From: Synechococcus sp.
GTDB lineage: Bacteria > Cyanobacteriota > Cyanobacteriia > Thermostichales > PCC-7336
DNA: 48,787 nt
Reading direction: 5' to 3'
Assembly (NCBI GenBank): GCA_051439425.1
Contig: JBFRWD010000106.1
Coordinates: 1 to 48,787 of the forward strand
Positions 1-9,755 of this stretch are shown piece by piece (within the stretch, counting starts at the first letter, position 1; every line of letters starts with the position of its first letter). Position numbers and translations under genes: made by a program. The notes under the pieces are model-generated. The model made no database searches and was not told the origin of the DNA. It saw nothing but the letters and a program-made list of their open reading frames with translations.

Positions 1-126
1 CGGACAGAGACCGACGAAATTTTTGCCCCGCTTGCGCAGCACAACCTTTTCGGCAATGACCTCCACAATGTCGGCCTTTTGCCGCACCTCTTCCACCGTA
101 CGCGGATGCAGGGATGGTGCTTGCAT
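1..126 (-). CDS. dnaG: DNA primase, N-terminal part (runs off the window)
   Basis: Manual translation [42 protein letters not shown] is the start of the DnaG CHC2 zinc-finger domain; GAGGAG SD lies 6 nt upstream. Confidence 0.95.
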   Translation of the reverse strand, partial: MQAPSLHPRTVEEVRQKADIVEVIAEKVVLRKRGKNFVGLCP

Positions 127-928
127 AAAGTGCTCCTCGTCGAGGAGCAAGCGAGTTTGAGAGTTAAATCAACCGGATGAACGGGTAATAGCACCTCACA
201 GATTAGCCCTGCGATGGCGACCCATATTGAACCTAACCATTCATGCTCGAACTGAAATGGCAGGTACTGCCATCAACCAGTAGAGCAATGGTACCGTCCT
301 TTGCCAGGGCGATTTCAGTCACAAAAGCATAAGTTCAAACAAAGAAACACAGATCGTCTGGCTCGACTGCGATCCCACTTCACACCATCCTCTGTCAAGT
401 TTTGCGAAGGCGATCGGAATAACGGAGCGTGACGGTCTTGCTCCAGATCTTACGGAGCCGGTCATGTTGTCAGCGTAACCAAAGCGGGCGAGCGCTCTAC
501 CCAGGCTAAATGAGTACAGCTGCTTGATGAGATGCTCTCAACGCACAACTCGGTGAATCCACAGATTTTTGAGGAACCTGTCTTACGGCTTGCAGAACTT
601 GAATCGCGCGAAGTTAAGAGCGCCGCAACCTCAAGTATCCTTGCGAATACGGTCCCCATATATAACAGCGCCCTCTGTGAATAGAAGGCGCTGAAAGCGA
701 GGGTATTTATGTAGTTGGTGGTTATATTCAGAGCCTTTATAAAAGGGTGGCTCCGTTTGATCCCCACCTAGAATCTCAGATTGGTTCGGGGTTCCACCAG
801 AATCAAATACTTTCTTTAGAATTGCTTGACAGTGATTCGCCCTAAATGACAGCTGGAGACACAAAACAATCTCGGATGTATCGAAGGAGGGAAATTCGCT
901 CAACTGCTGTTCGCTTTGCAGGCCTTAT

Positions 929-963
929 AAACAAAGAGCTTCTCCCGTTCTGAGAGAAGCTCT
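929..963 (-). terminator. Intrinsic terminator downstream of yqeG
   Basis: 10-bp stem AGAGCTTCTC (935-944)/GAGAAGCTCT (954-963), followed by TTGTTT on the minus strand. Confidence 0.6.
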
Positions 964-1069
964 GGATGTGATTTAGAATCGATGATTATTTAAAGCAGAG
1001 GCCTATATCCAGCTTGGCCTTATTTAAACTATGTGAATATTCACAGAGATTTAGGACGACACCTCACTT

Positions 1070-1597
1070 TCATAATGTTTTCTTTAGATTTATTCCTAGG
1101 AGCAGTGAAATCATCCGTTCGAATGAAAATTTTGGTCGTCGCAACCCTGGTTCTACAGGATCGACAAAGACAGTTACAATGCCTAACCGGTTGCCGCCAA
1201 CGACATCGGTAAAGATGCGATCCCCCACAATGGCGACGTCTTGGGGAGGGAGGTTCATTTCACGAATCGCTTTGCGTAGCGATTTGCGTGACGGTTTACC
1301 TGCACGACTGATGTGAGGCAAGTTGTTATTGTCCGCAATTCGCTGGATGCGTTGAGAATTCCAGTTGTTGCTGACCAACCAAATGGGAAATGCTTGCTGC
1401 ATCATGTACAGCCATTGTTTGACTTCAGATGTCGCCACCGGGCGGCTGGTGGGCACGATGGTGTGATCGATATCGAGGATCAATCCTTTGACGTTCAGGC
1501 GTCTGAAGGTCTCGGTAGTCAGATCGGTCGCTGGCCCACCAACAACAACATCGGGTTGCAGAAGTTGAATCCAACGAGTGAGGAAAAAGCGCGCCAT
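1070..1597 (-). CDS. yqeG: YqeG-family HAD IIIA phosphatase
   Basis: LILDIDHT (motif I), VSNN, AGKP, VGDRIFTDVVGGNRLG; start at ATG 1597 or GTG 1609. Confidence 0.9.
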   Translation of the reverse strand: MARFFLTRWIQLLQPDVVVGGPATDLTTETFRRLNVKGLILDIDHTIVPTSRPVATSEVKQWLYMMQQAFPIWLVSNNWNSQRIQRIADNNNLPHISRAGKPSRKSLRKAIREMNLPPQDVAIVGDRIFTDVVGGNRLGIVTVFVDPVEPGLRRPKFSFERMISLLLGINLKKTL

Positions 1598-1766
1598 ACC
1601 GCCACACACATGTGTCCGCTTGCCGATTGTAGCGGTGGATTGGGGCTCAGACGAGGTGCTAGCAATTGACCTTCATAGAGCCATCATGAGAGCCAAAAGA
1701 GACACAGCAGTAGGTCTTTTGGCACGGCGATTGGTTGCAGCTCATTCCTTAGGGCCTGACCGAACA

Positions 1767-2819
1767 TTAATTCACTTGCCGATCTTGAATGATTTGGCGC
1801 TGGGCAGCCAGGTGCTCCTCGATGGTACGGCTGAACACGTGACTGCCGTCATAGCGGGCAACAAAATAGAGATTGTCGGTTGTTGCTGGAGCTAGAGTTG
1901 CTTCTAAGCTGGCAAGGCCAGGACTGGCGATCGCGGTCGGGGGTAAACCGACATTGATGTAGGTGTTATAAGGAGACGGCTGCGCTACTTCAGCGTAGGT
2001 TAGGCGGCGATCGGGGGTTTGGGTGATGTTGAAGGCATATTCCACGGTGGGATCGGCTGCTAATGGAATCCCTTGTTCGAGGCGATTGGCAAAGACTCCT
2101 GCAATTTCAAACCGCTCATCTGCCATCACTGACTCTTTCTCGACGATGCTGCCCAGGGTGACCCATTCCATCATGGACAGTCGCTCTTCTTCAGGCGTCA
2201 TACGCTCGTATTCGCGATAGATGGGCAAAGCAGACGTTTCAAATTGCTCCAGCATGCTGACAATGACACGCTCCGGAGTCCGCGCATCCAGCGGAATCTG
2301 ATACGTATCGGGAAATAACCACCCTTCGAGCTGGGGAAGGTTTGGGGGTAACCACTCAAATTGAGGTAGGTCTGGGGACTCGGTGGCAGCAATGAAATCG
2401 TCAGCAGAGAACCAACCGAGCTGTTCGAAGTAGTTTGCCATTTGAGTGATGCGCCACCCTTCGGGAATGGTAAATCGGACTTCCACCCCACGCCCTTGGT
2501 TGAGTCGGGCGGCAATTTCTGTGAGCTCCCAGCGGGGATCGAAGTCGAACGTTCCCGCCTTGGGTTCCCAATCCCTAAACCGCATCCAATATTCTAGAGC
2601 TTGAGGAGATCGCAACACTCCGTCTTGTTCGAGCTGCTGACTGATATCGCGCAAGCTACTGCCAGGGGCAATGGTAACGCGGATGGGCTCGACCTCTCGG
2701 TCGGGCGAGATCGCAGGAGCAGATACGTATCGCCAACCCCACCATCCTCCTAACGCCCCTGCCCCCACTACAATCCCGGAAGCGATTCCAACGGTTGCTA
2801 ATCTTCGTATCCAGCCCAT
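1767..2819 (-). CDS. mltG: Endolytic transglycosylase MltG
   Basis: N-terminal TM; TIPEG, LEGWLFPDTY, SIVEKE, DPTVEY, SPYNTY..GLPPTAIASPG, LYFVA motifs. Confidence 0.95.
   Translation of the reverse strand: MGWIRRLATVGIASGIVVGAGALGGWWGWRYVSAPAISPDREVEPIRVTIAPGSSLRDISQQLEQDGVLRSPQALEYWMRFRDWEPKAGTFDFDPRWELTEIAARLNQGRGVEVRFTIPEGWRITQMANYFEQLGWFSADDFIAATESPDLPQFEWLPPNLPQLEGWLFPDTYQIPLDARTPERVIVSMLEQFETSALPIYREYERMTPEEERLSMMEWVTLGSIVEKESVMADERFEIAGVFANRLEQGIPLAADPTVEYAFNITQTPDRRLTYAEVAQPSPYNTYINVGLPPTAIASPGLASLEATLAPATTDNLYFVARYDGSHVFSRTIEEHLAAQRQIIQDRQVN
1927..1934. repeat. HIP1 palindrome GCGATCGC (representative copy; many more throughout the window)
   Basis: Copies at 1927-1934, 4699-4706, 6499-6506 and many other positions; HIP1 is a cyanobacterial genome signature. 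Confidence 0.9.
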
Positions 2820-3275
2820 AAAGCCCTTTCCCTTGCAAGCATGTCTCTGCTGCCTATGTCGTTAATGACTGTTGTTTGTTGGTTTTGCCCACTTGAACCC
2901 ACGAGTGTTGGGCTTGGTTCGTCTTGCAAGCCTACGACTGTTACATCATCAAATAACTGTCACATCAAAAATAGGCACCCCACTGAGCAGTCCCCTAACT
3001 CCTAATGCCTGACTTTACTAGGTTCTGGAAGCTTGCTGAGCCCTCTCGACCTTACAGCGGTTTTTCCTATCAATCGATAGTTAGTTGTCCGCTTAGCAGT
3101 GCAGAGGCGTTGTGTGATTCACTCATTTTGCCCAGCAGGACTTGGATAACTCGACTGTATGCTCCTTCGATGTATCAGTCTCGCATGAACTTATTAAGGC
3201 TGACCGGTCTGGCTGGCAGTGCTTTTATGTGTTCGATCCCAATTCGCATCCACAAGCAGTTTTAGGAGAGTAGTT

Positions 3276-3842
3276 TCACTCCGCCAAATCGAGCAAACGG
3301 TCTTGCAACCGCGAGAACAACTCGCTGTCTTCTTCCGGAGAGACAAGAGCTGGGACCGAGTCTGGCTTGGCTGCGAAAAAGAGCAGGGGATCGAGGGGGG
3401 CAAATACGCCGAATTGGCGCTCTTCGTGGAAAAAAGTTGCAAGCAGTTGGTATTCTTCGATGTCGTCGTCTCCATCACCGTTGGCAATCTCAATTGCCGT
3501 TTCTTCAATCGGCTCGGGCAACTCTCCTTCAACCGTTAACGTATAGGCACTGACGCGCAATTTAAGATTGAGTTCGCCTAAAACGGCCTGGGCGGTAGGA
3601 ATCACTGCTTCTAATTCCTGCTCGTCTAAATCGGCCAAGCCTCCTTCATCGTCATCAGAGCCTTCACCAGGACTAGAGGCCGTCTCCAGCTCTGGGTCGC
3701 CATCTTCCCAGGCCAGAATTTGGACGGGCTGATGAACGGGCATCAGAAGGGCATAATTTTCCTCTTCAAGATCCACTAGCTTGAGGATCTCGCACTCTAG
3801 GGTATGGTCTAGTTCGTCGCGTAGAAGCAGCGTGTCACTCAT
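3276..3842 (-). CDS. DUF3727 family protein
   Basis: Acidic protein with YALLMPV, LNLKLRVSAYTLTVEGEL and PLDPLLFFA; sits between ruvX and mltG as in other cyanobacteria; ATG 3842 chosen as start. Confidence 0.85.
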   Translation of the reverse strand: MSDTLLLRDELDHTLECEILKLVDLEEENYALLMPVHQPVQILAWEDGDPELETASSPGEGSDDDEGGLADLDEQELEAVIPTAQAVLGELNLKLRVSAYTLTVEGELPEPIEETAIEIANGDGDDDIEEYQLLATFFHEERQFGVFAPLDPLLFFAAKPDSVPALVSPEEDSELFSRLQDRLLDLAE

Positions 3843-3877
3843 AAACGCCGGCAAATATACTCAAACACAGTCTTAGT

Positions 3878-4495
3878 CTACTTGGAGGTGGTACCTGATT
3901 CGGGATCTTGTGGGGTAAACGGGCTTGTTTTTGGTTCATTGCCACTCAGATCGCCTGTTTGGGGTCGTTCATTACACAGCGATCGATCGATTCTTAGTTG
4001 GCCCCCGATATCCTGTTGGCCCTCGAGGATTGGTTGGTGCTCGATGACTTGTTGGCGGTCAAGATCGTGTTGGCGGCGATCTAACCACAGTTGCAGGATG
4101 GCGGCGGCGGCTTCGCGATCGATCAGCCCTTTATTGGACTGCCCTACCTTGATTCCGGCTGCCTTGAGATTCCAGCGGGCCTGGACGCTCGTGAGGCGCT
4201 CGTCAACGAAGTCCACAGGTAATGGGATATGTTTGGTCACTGATTTCATGAACTTCTTGACTTTGCGGGCTTGGTATCCCTGCGTTCCGTCCATGTTGTA
4301 AGGCAAGCCCACCACAAATCTCTGGGCTTGCCGTTCGGTTACAAGCTGCCTCAATGTTTCGATATCTGCTGTGAACGACCGGCGGTGAATGGTGGTTAGG
4401 CCAGTTGCTAACAACCCCATTCCGTCACAACCTGCGATGCCAATACGCCGATCCCCAACATCAAGTGCCAGTACCGATAATCGTTCTCGTGCCAT
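3878..4495 (-). CDS. ruvX: YqgF/RuvX-family nuclease (pre-16S rRNA nuclease / putative Holliday junction resolvase)
   Basis: LALDVGDRRIGIA, VVGLP, DERLTS, ID..AA..IL motifs; about 60-aa low-complexity C-terminal tail. Confidence 0.93.
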   Translation of the reverse strand: MARERLSVLALDVGDRRIGIAGCDGMGLLATGLTTIHRRSFTADIETLRQLVTERQAQRFVVGLPYNMDGTQGYQARKVKKFMKSVTKHIPLPVDFVDERLTSVQARWNLKAAGIKVGQSNKGLIDREAAAAILQLWLDRRQHDLDRQQVIEHQPILEGQQDIGGQLRIDRSLCNERPQTGDLSGNEPKTSPFTPQDPESGTTSK

Positions 4496-4764
4496 GCAGA
4501 TGCTCTTCCCGGTTAGATATCCCTATCTTGAATGGTCTTGCACCAAGTAAGGTCGGCAATTCCCTAAGGAAATATCTCAAACGTTTTGTTCTGACTCCAT
4601 CAGACCTAGAGCCCCTCGATATGCTCTCGACTGTACAGCGGTTTGCCGTAGCAGTGGCCTTACAACTGTGGACGTTTCACTGATGTCCAACCCTGACTGC
4701 GATCGCAACCTTTCCCCTAACTGAAATGACAAACGCCATTCATTTGTATGGCATTCGCTCAAAC

Positions 4765-4791
4765 ACAAAAAAGGTGACCTAAGGTCACCTT
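4765..4791 (-). terminator. Intrinsic terminator of psbU
   Basis: Perfect 9-bp stem AAGGTGACC/GGTCACCTT (4771-4791), followed by a T run on the minus strand. Confidence 0.75.
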
Positions 4792-4861
4792 ACTATCATC
4801 AATAAACGAAAGTGCGATTGCTCGCACCAACCGAGTGGGTTAGATTGGCCGAAAAGTCGGA

Positions 4862-5305
4862 CTAATCGTAGAAACCTTTGTTCAGACGGGTTTCGAAGTC
4901 ATTGGCACCCTCGTCGTAGTCGCCCACAACGAAGTTTTTAAAGTTAGCTCTTAGCAACCGAATTTGCTTATCGGTCAGGCCATCGATGTTCACCACATCT
5001 TCAACGGAGTTGAACGGTACCGCTTTGATGATTTTTTGGCCGAGAGTGGGATAGAAACCGGGCAGCTCGCGGAACCGACGCAGCATGGCGTAGTTCAAAT
5101 CGAGTTTGGGCTGCAGGTCGATCACGGGAACGCCGTCAACTTCAGTCACATCAGCGGCAGAACTCTGTTCGGCAGGAGCCACGGTATCGACGCTCTCCTG
5201 GGCAAGTGCGGGAGTTGCCAGGTTGATAACCAAACTGATGCCGATAATAAAGGCCAGAGTGGCTTTACACAGTCGGGCCACCCCCGCGAGCAAATGGTTT
5301 TTCAT
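4862..5305 (-). CDS. psbU: Photosystem II 12 kDa extrinsic protein PsbU
   Basis: Signal peptide ending ALA; KLDLN, GFYPTLGQKII..PFNSVEDV.NI.GLT..Q, C-terminal RLNKGFYD; GGGAGA SD before ATG 5305. Confidence 0.92.
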   Translation of the reverse strand: MKNHLLAGVARLCKATLAFIIGISLVINLATPALAQESVDTVAPAEQSSAADVTEVDGVPVIDLQPKLDLNYAMLRRFRELPGFYPTLGQKIIKAVPFNSVEDVVNIDGLTDKQIRLLRANFKNFVVGDYDEGANDFETRLNKGFYD

Positions 5306-5528
5306 TAGAACTTGTCTCCCTCGTAGCAGAGATGTATGTAGTACGCAGATTGATATCGAGATTATCACTTGACATTCCCCCCTCAATCAAGCTTTCTTGG
5401 CGATTTTCAGCATCGAAACAAGTGAGACACCTATCTGATGATATTTCGTTAACCTCCATTCACTACATTCACACCGAGCTACAGTCCGGTCAGTGTGGGG
5501 ATCGAAGATGCAAGTATTGCCCCGAACG

Positions 5529-6182
5529 TTAGTTTGAGGGTGCTAACGATCCATTGAGGGTAGGACGCAGACACAGATAAAGCATCGGACCCAAAAATGG
5601 AATGCAGGCGATCGCCCAAAACCATGCTCCAACTGACCACCCACGTCGGGGAAGATCGTCGTACACCATGACGGGTAGTAGCGCACACAACAGCAGGTAA
5701 TCCAGTGTCATTACATGCACAAACTGCTGAGATTGCCAAAGGTGGGCAAAGTCACCCCAATCTCCCTGCAATCCTCCATAAGCCATCAAACTAGCCCCTA
5801 CTCCTAACAAGGCAACGGCTATCCAGCGGGAGTCCCAAAATCTTAGAAACCCACTGGGTTCAGCGTTTGTAGAAGTTCGCTGTCCGCGAAACACCAAATA
5901 TGGCAGCAGTGCAAACCCGCCAACTCCCATCATTCCGGCAGCAAAGATCCAAGCGGGAAGTTTGCGCTCCCGCCCGTCTGCGAACAGAAAGCAGCAGTAA
6001 ATCAAGGGCAAGACACCCATCAAGTTGAACTCAGCCACCAAGAGTGGGTTTAGAGCGCTGAAATTGCCGCTGACTAAATTGGACAGTAAGGCGATTGTGC
6101 TGTCTGGATCGCTAGCAGGGGAGCCAAAGAAGGCGTAAGCACTAAAGCTCACCCAAAGAGCAACAAATATAGCTCGACGCAT
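5529..6182 (-). CDS. Conserved multi-pass membrane protein (DUF2834-like)
   Basis: Several TM segments; FNLMGVLP, GGFALLPYL, FVHVMTLDY, PFLGP.LYL. Confidence 0.75.
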   Translation of the reverse strand: MRRAIFVALWVSFSAYAFFGSPASDPDSTIALLSNLVSGNFSALNPLLVAEFNLMGVLPLIYCCFLFADGRERKLPAWIFAAGMMGVGGFALLPYLVFRGQRTSTNAEPSGFLRFWDSRWIAVALLGVGASLMAYGGLQGDWGDFAHLWQSQQFVHVMTLDYLLLCALLPVMVYDDLPRRGWSVGAWFWAIACIPFLGPMLYLCLRPTLNGSLAPSN

Positions 6183-6260
6183 GGAAATATCACGTCAGAA
6201 ACATTGCCTGGTTTATACCAGGTTGTCGAAGTCCCTTGCTGTATTTGCCGCTAGGACTGT

Positions 6261-7010
6261 TTAGAGTTTGCCAAAGCGACGGTGGCGTTGCTGGTAACTC
6301 AGGAGAGCTTGGTGAAAGGCCGAGCGATCGAAATCCGGCCACAGCGTGGATGTGAAGTATTGCTCGGTGTAGGCCATTTGCCACAGCAAATAATTGCTCA
6401 ATCGCTGTTCTCCACTGGTGCGAATAAGGAGGTCAGGATCGTCTAGTTCGTGAGTGTAGAGGTGGCGAGCAAATAACTCTTCAGTAATGTCGTCTGGAGC
6501 GATCGCTCCCTGCTGAACCTGGGTGGCCAGTTGCCGGCAAGCACGCACAATCTCTTCGCGACTGCCGTAATTCATGGCCACAGTAAATTGAACCCCTTGG
6601 TTGTTTGCTGTAGCCTTCATCGCTCCTGAAATTTCGTCCTGCAATGATGCACGCAAGCGATCGAGGTCGCCCACAAAACGGATACGAACATCCTCTCGAA
6701 TTAGCTCTGCCAATTCTGCCCGAAGCATGCGCTCGAACAGAATCATCAAAAAATCCACCTCATCCAGGGGACGTCCCCAATTCTCGGTCGAAAACGCATA
6801 GACTGTCAGGGCTGGAATTCCCCAATCCTTGCAGCACCGCAGCAGATCCCGCAGGGTATCGACCCCTTTACGGTGGCCCATCACCCGTGGCTGCTTGCGA
6901 TGTTGAGCCCATCGTCCGTTGCCGTCCATAATTGCAGCAACATGACGTGGCAATGCTGCCGCATCCAAGTCGGAGGGCAACTGGGTGAGTAAGCTGGAGG
7001 ACGCAGTCAT
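6261..7010 (-). CDS. uppS: Isoprenyl transferase (undecaprenyl diphosphate synthase)
   Basis: [53 protein letters not shown] overlaps the cdaA stop (TAATG). Confidence 0.96.
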   Translation of the reverse strand: MTASSSLLTQLPSDLDAAALPRHVAAIMDGNGRWAQHRKQPRVMGHRKGVDTLRDLLRCCKDWGIPALTVYAFSTENWGRPLDEVDFLMILFERMLRAELAELIREDVRIRFVGDLDRLRASLQDEISGAMKATANNQGVQFTVAMNYGSREEIVRACRQLATQVQQGAIAPDDITEELFARHLYTHELDDPDLLIRTSGEQRLSNYLLWQMAYTEQYFTSTLWPDFDRSAFHQALLSYQQRHRRFGKL

Positions 7011-7912
7011 TATTTTGACAGTTTTTCCTGCAACGCAGTAATTAAACGACGAGAAGAGCCGGCTACACTCATTATCCACCCGGACAAAGAGGCGGTCGCA
7101 TGATTGGGTTCTCGCTGAGGTCGCAATCGTTGATTCAATGCATCCCTAAGGGTGCTGCTGGTGAGGGGACGTTGGAGGCGTCCTGCTTCAGCCAGCGAAA
7201 TTGAACCCGTTTCTTCAGACACTACAATACACAAGCAACTGGCCTGTTCGGTAATGCCCATCGCTGCCCGGTGGCGGGTTCCCAACTGACGGGACGCAAC
7301 CCGTTCTGACACCGGTAAGATCACCCCGGCGGCTTTCAGGCGATCGCCCGCTATTAATACTGCACCATCGTGTAACAGTGTCGATGTTTGAAAAATGGTT
7401 TGCAGCAGTTCTTTCGACACTTGCCCTTGAATCGTCACTCCCGTGTCCGTAAAGATCCGCTCGTCGATCGGCTGCTCCAGCTCGATGACAATCAATGCCC
7501 CTGTCCGGTTTTGGGATAGGTCTTTAATCGCCAAGATCAGTTCTTCTAGAGCGTTCTCCGTTCTGCGGCTGCTGTCCAATGTAGATGGCTTAACGAGGAG
7601 GGGTAAGAACTCCAGCCAATCTCCTCGCCCAAGTTGTTCGAGCATTCTGCGCAATTCAGGCTGAAAGAGGACGGCAAGTGCGACTGCCGCTCCAATCAAT
7701 ACTCCATCCAACACCTGATTCAACAATTCGAGTGGCTGTGCCAGAGATGCCAGCATCAGCAAGATGACATAGCCCCGCACCAACCACACCGCGCGGGTCT
7801 TTCGAGTCACATATAGGGCAAACCCGATCAGAAGAACCACCAGCACCCAATCCAACAGAATGGATGGAGTAACCTTCAGCGATTGCAACCATGTTGTGAT
7901 GGCCCCGGACAT
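7010..7912 (-). CDS. cdaA: Diadenylate cyclase CdaA (c-di-AMP synthase)
   Basis: Three N-terminal TMs; [38 protein letters not shown]. Confidence 0.96.
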   Translation of the reverse strand: MSGAITTWLQSLKVTPSILLDWVLVVLLIGFALYVTRKTRAVWLVRGYVILLMLASLAQPLELLNQVLDGVLIGAAVALAVLFQPELRRMLEQLGRGDWLEFLPLLVKPSTLDSSRRTENALEELILAIKDLSQNRTGALIVIELEQPIDERIFTDTGVTIQGQVSKELLQTIFQTSTLLHDGAVLIAGDRLKAAGVILPVSERVASRQLGTRHRAAMGITEQASCLCIVVSEETGSISLAEAGRLQRPLTSSTLRDALNQRLRPQREPNHATASLSGWIMSVAGSSRRLITALQEKLSK

Positions 7913-8134
7913 GGGCGGCGCGTCCTATGAGGTGGGCGATAGGTTGAGGAGAACCGTAACGAGAGGTGAGGGCTGGTAATACAGCAGGTTGATATGCGAA
8001 ACAGGAGCCTAGGAATGAGCTGGGGAAGAACCGTGCTTAAGAAACGTGAGCTTTGGGGTAAGACCGGAACCGAAGCCTCAAAGTCTAGCTTTGTTAGGGT
8101 CCAGCCGGACAGGGCCGAGGGAATGGAGCGTTTT

Positions 8135-9505
8135 CTAGCTATCTGGCCGCAAACGATCCGGTAATGCATCTTGACGAATCAAATCGTCATAAGTTTCCCG
8201 CTCAATAATGACATCCGCAGTTCCATCGCAGACAAGGACGGCTGCAGGACGAGGGATACGGTTATAGTTTGACGCCATGCTGTAGTTGTAAGCCCCTGTC
8301 GCTAGCATGACTAGAATTTCTCCCGGTGCAATAGCGGGTAGCTGAACATCTTTGAGCAAGACATCTCCGGACTCGCAATGTTTACCCGCAACCGTAACGG
8401 TTTGAGTAGTAGGAGCTTCGGGACGATTGGCAAGCACAGGAGTGTAAGGGGCTTGATAGGTAATCGGTCGCGGGTTGTCTGACATACCGCCATCGACGCT
8501 CAGATACGTTCGCAGGTCAGGAATCTCCTTGCTGCCCCCCACCGTATACGCAGTGATGGTGGATGGCCCGACTAACGAGCGACCGGGTTCGCACAGCAAT
8601 CGTGGCAACTCTAGTCCTGCTGCCACAAATCCAGATTTCACTCCATCGCAAACGGATTGAACCCACTCAGAGATCGAAGGGGGATCGTCGCTCTCGACGT
8701 ACCGAATCCCCAGACCGCCTCCGACATTTAACTCTGTGGGGGTGAGGCCGTGCTTTTGGGCTAGCTGCCAGAATCCGCAGAGAACAGTCCCTAAGTCAGT
8801 GTGAGGTTGCAGCTCGAAAATCTGCGACCCGATGTGGGCGTGCAGCCCGACAAAGTCGAGGGTTTTAAGATGACTGAGTTGCGCAAAAATACCGTCTAAT
8901 TGATTGGGATCGAACCCAAACTTGCTATCGAGGTGCCCCGTTTTGATGTACTCGTGCGTATGGCATTCGATTCCGGGGGTAACGCGCAGCATGACTCGGG
9001 TGGTGCGCCCCTGCTGAGCCGTGATGTCTGCAAGAAGCTTGAGCTCGTGAGGATTGTCGACAACAACAGTGCAGCCTGCCTCAACAGCCATGGTTAATTC
9101 AGCAGCTGATTTATAGTTGCCATGCAGGTAAATGCGATCGCCACCAACACCCGCTTGCAGAGCTGTATAGAGTTCTCCACCCGAGACGACGTCTATTCCC
9201 AGTCCCTCTTGATTAACAAGCGCGCAGATGGCCTTGCAATTCCAGGCTTTAGAGGCAAACAGGATTAATACTCGATCGGGATCGGCACTGTAATGCTGCT
9301 GAAAGCTCTCACGGTAGCTGCGACAGGTTTGACGAATGGTTGCTTCGTCCACGATGTAGAGGGGTGTCCCAAATGTTTGGGCTAGGTGGACAACATCGCA
9401 GCCACCAACGCTGAGGTGGCCCTGGTTGTTAATGCCAGCAGAAATTGGGTAGAGAGACTGATTGGGAGATTGATGGGTGGAGGGCGAAATGGGAGAGGCA
9501 ACCAT
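8135..9505 (-). CDS. lysA: Diaminopimelate decarboxylase
   Basis: FASKA (PLP Lys), DVVSGGEL, HIGSQ, GGGLG, EPGRS, GKHCESGD, GAYNYSMASNYN; conserved lysA-cdaA-uppS order; start uncertain (9505 or upstream). Confidence 0.96.
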   Translation of the reverse strand: MVASPISPSTHQSPNQSLYPISAGINNQGHLSVGGCDVVHLAQTFGTPLYIVDEATIRQTCRSYRESFQQHYSADPDRVLILFASKAWNCKAICALVNQEGLGIDVVSGGELYTALQAGVGGDRIYLHGNYKSAAELTMAVEAGCTVVVDNPHELKLLADITAQQGRTTRVMLRVTPGIECHTHEYIKTGHLDSKFGFDPNQLDGIFAQLSHLKTLDFVGLHAHIGSQIFELQPHTDLGTVLCGFWQLAQKHGLTPTELNVGGGLGIRYVESDDPPSISEWVQSVCDGVKSGFVAAGLELPRLLCEPGRSLVGPSTITAYTVGGSKEIPDLRTYLSVDGGMSDNPRPITYQAPYTPVLANRPEAPTTQTVTVAGKHCESGDVLLKDVQLPAIAPGEILVMLATGAYNYSMASNYNRIPRPAAVLVCDGTADVIIERETYDDLIRQDALPDRLRPDS

Positions 9506-9755
9506 GGGGATGAAAACTGATGGGTTGACGATTGTGGGTACGGGCTGATGCAGCACAACCTTGTCGGCGCTGTCGCCGCCGATACCCACAAGTGTAAGGG
9601 CTAACCCCAGTTTTTTGGGCTACTTGTTATTGGCAATTCGCTCTGGGATTGGATCGCGAATGATATGAGCGAATGAAGTGTCGGTTCACAGCTAAGTATT
9701 TGTCGAGCGATCGCATCCCTAGCAGTCCGGCTGACAACTCACTAGGCGGCACAGA

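Noticed and set aside
3005..3265. 86-aa + strand ORF and a GTTCGATCCC T-loop-like word near 3231
   Set aside because: No protein motif; no cloverleaf or acceptor stem can be built, so it is not a tRNA
3878..4070. C-terminal extension of RuvX
   Set aside because: Low-complexity tail with no recognisable domain
7010..9505. lysA-cdaA-uppS linkage as a novel system
   Set aside because: Known conserved cyanobacterial gene order
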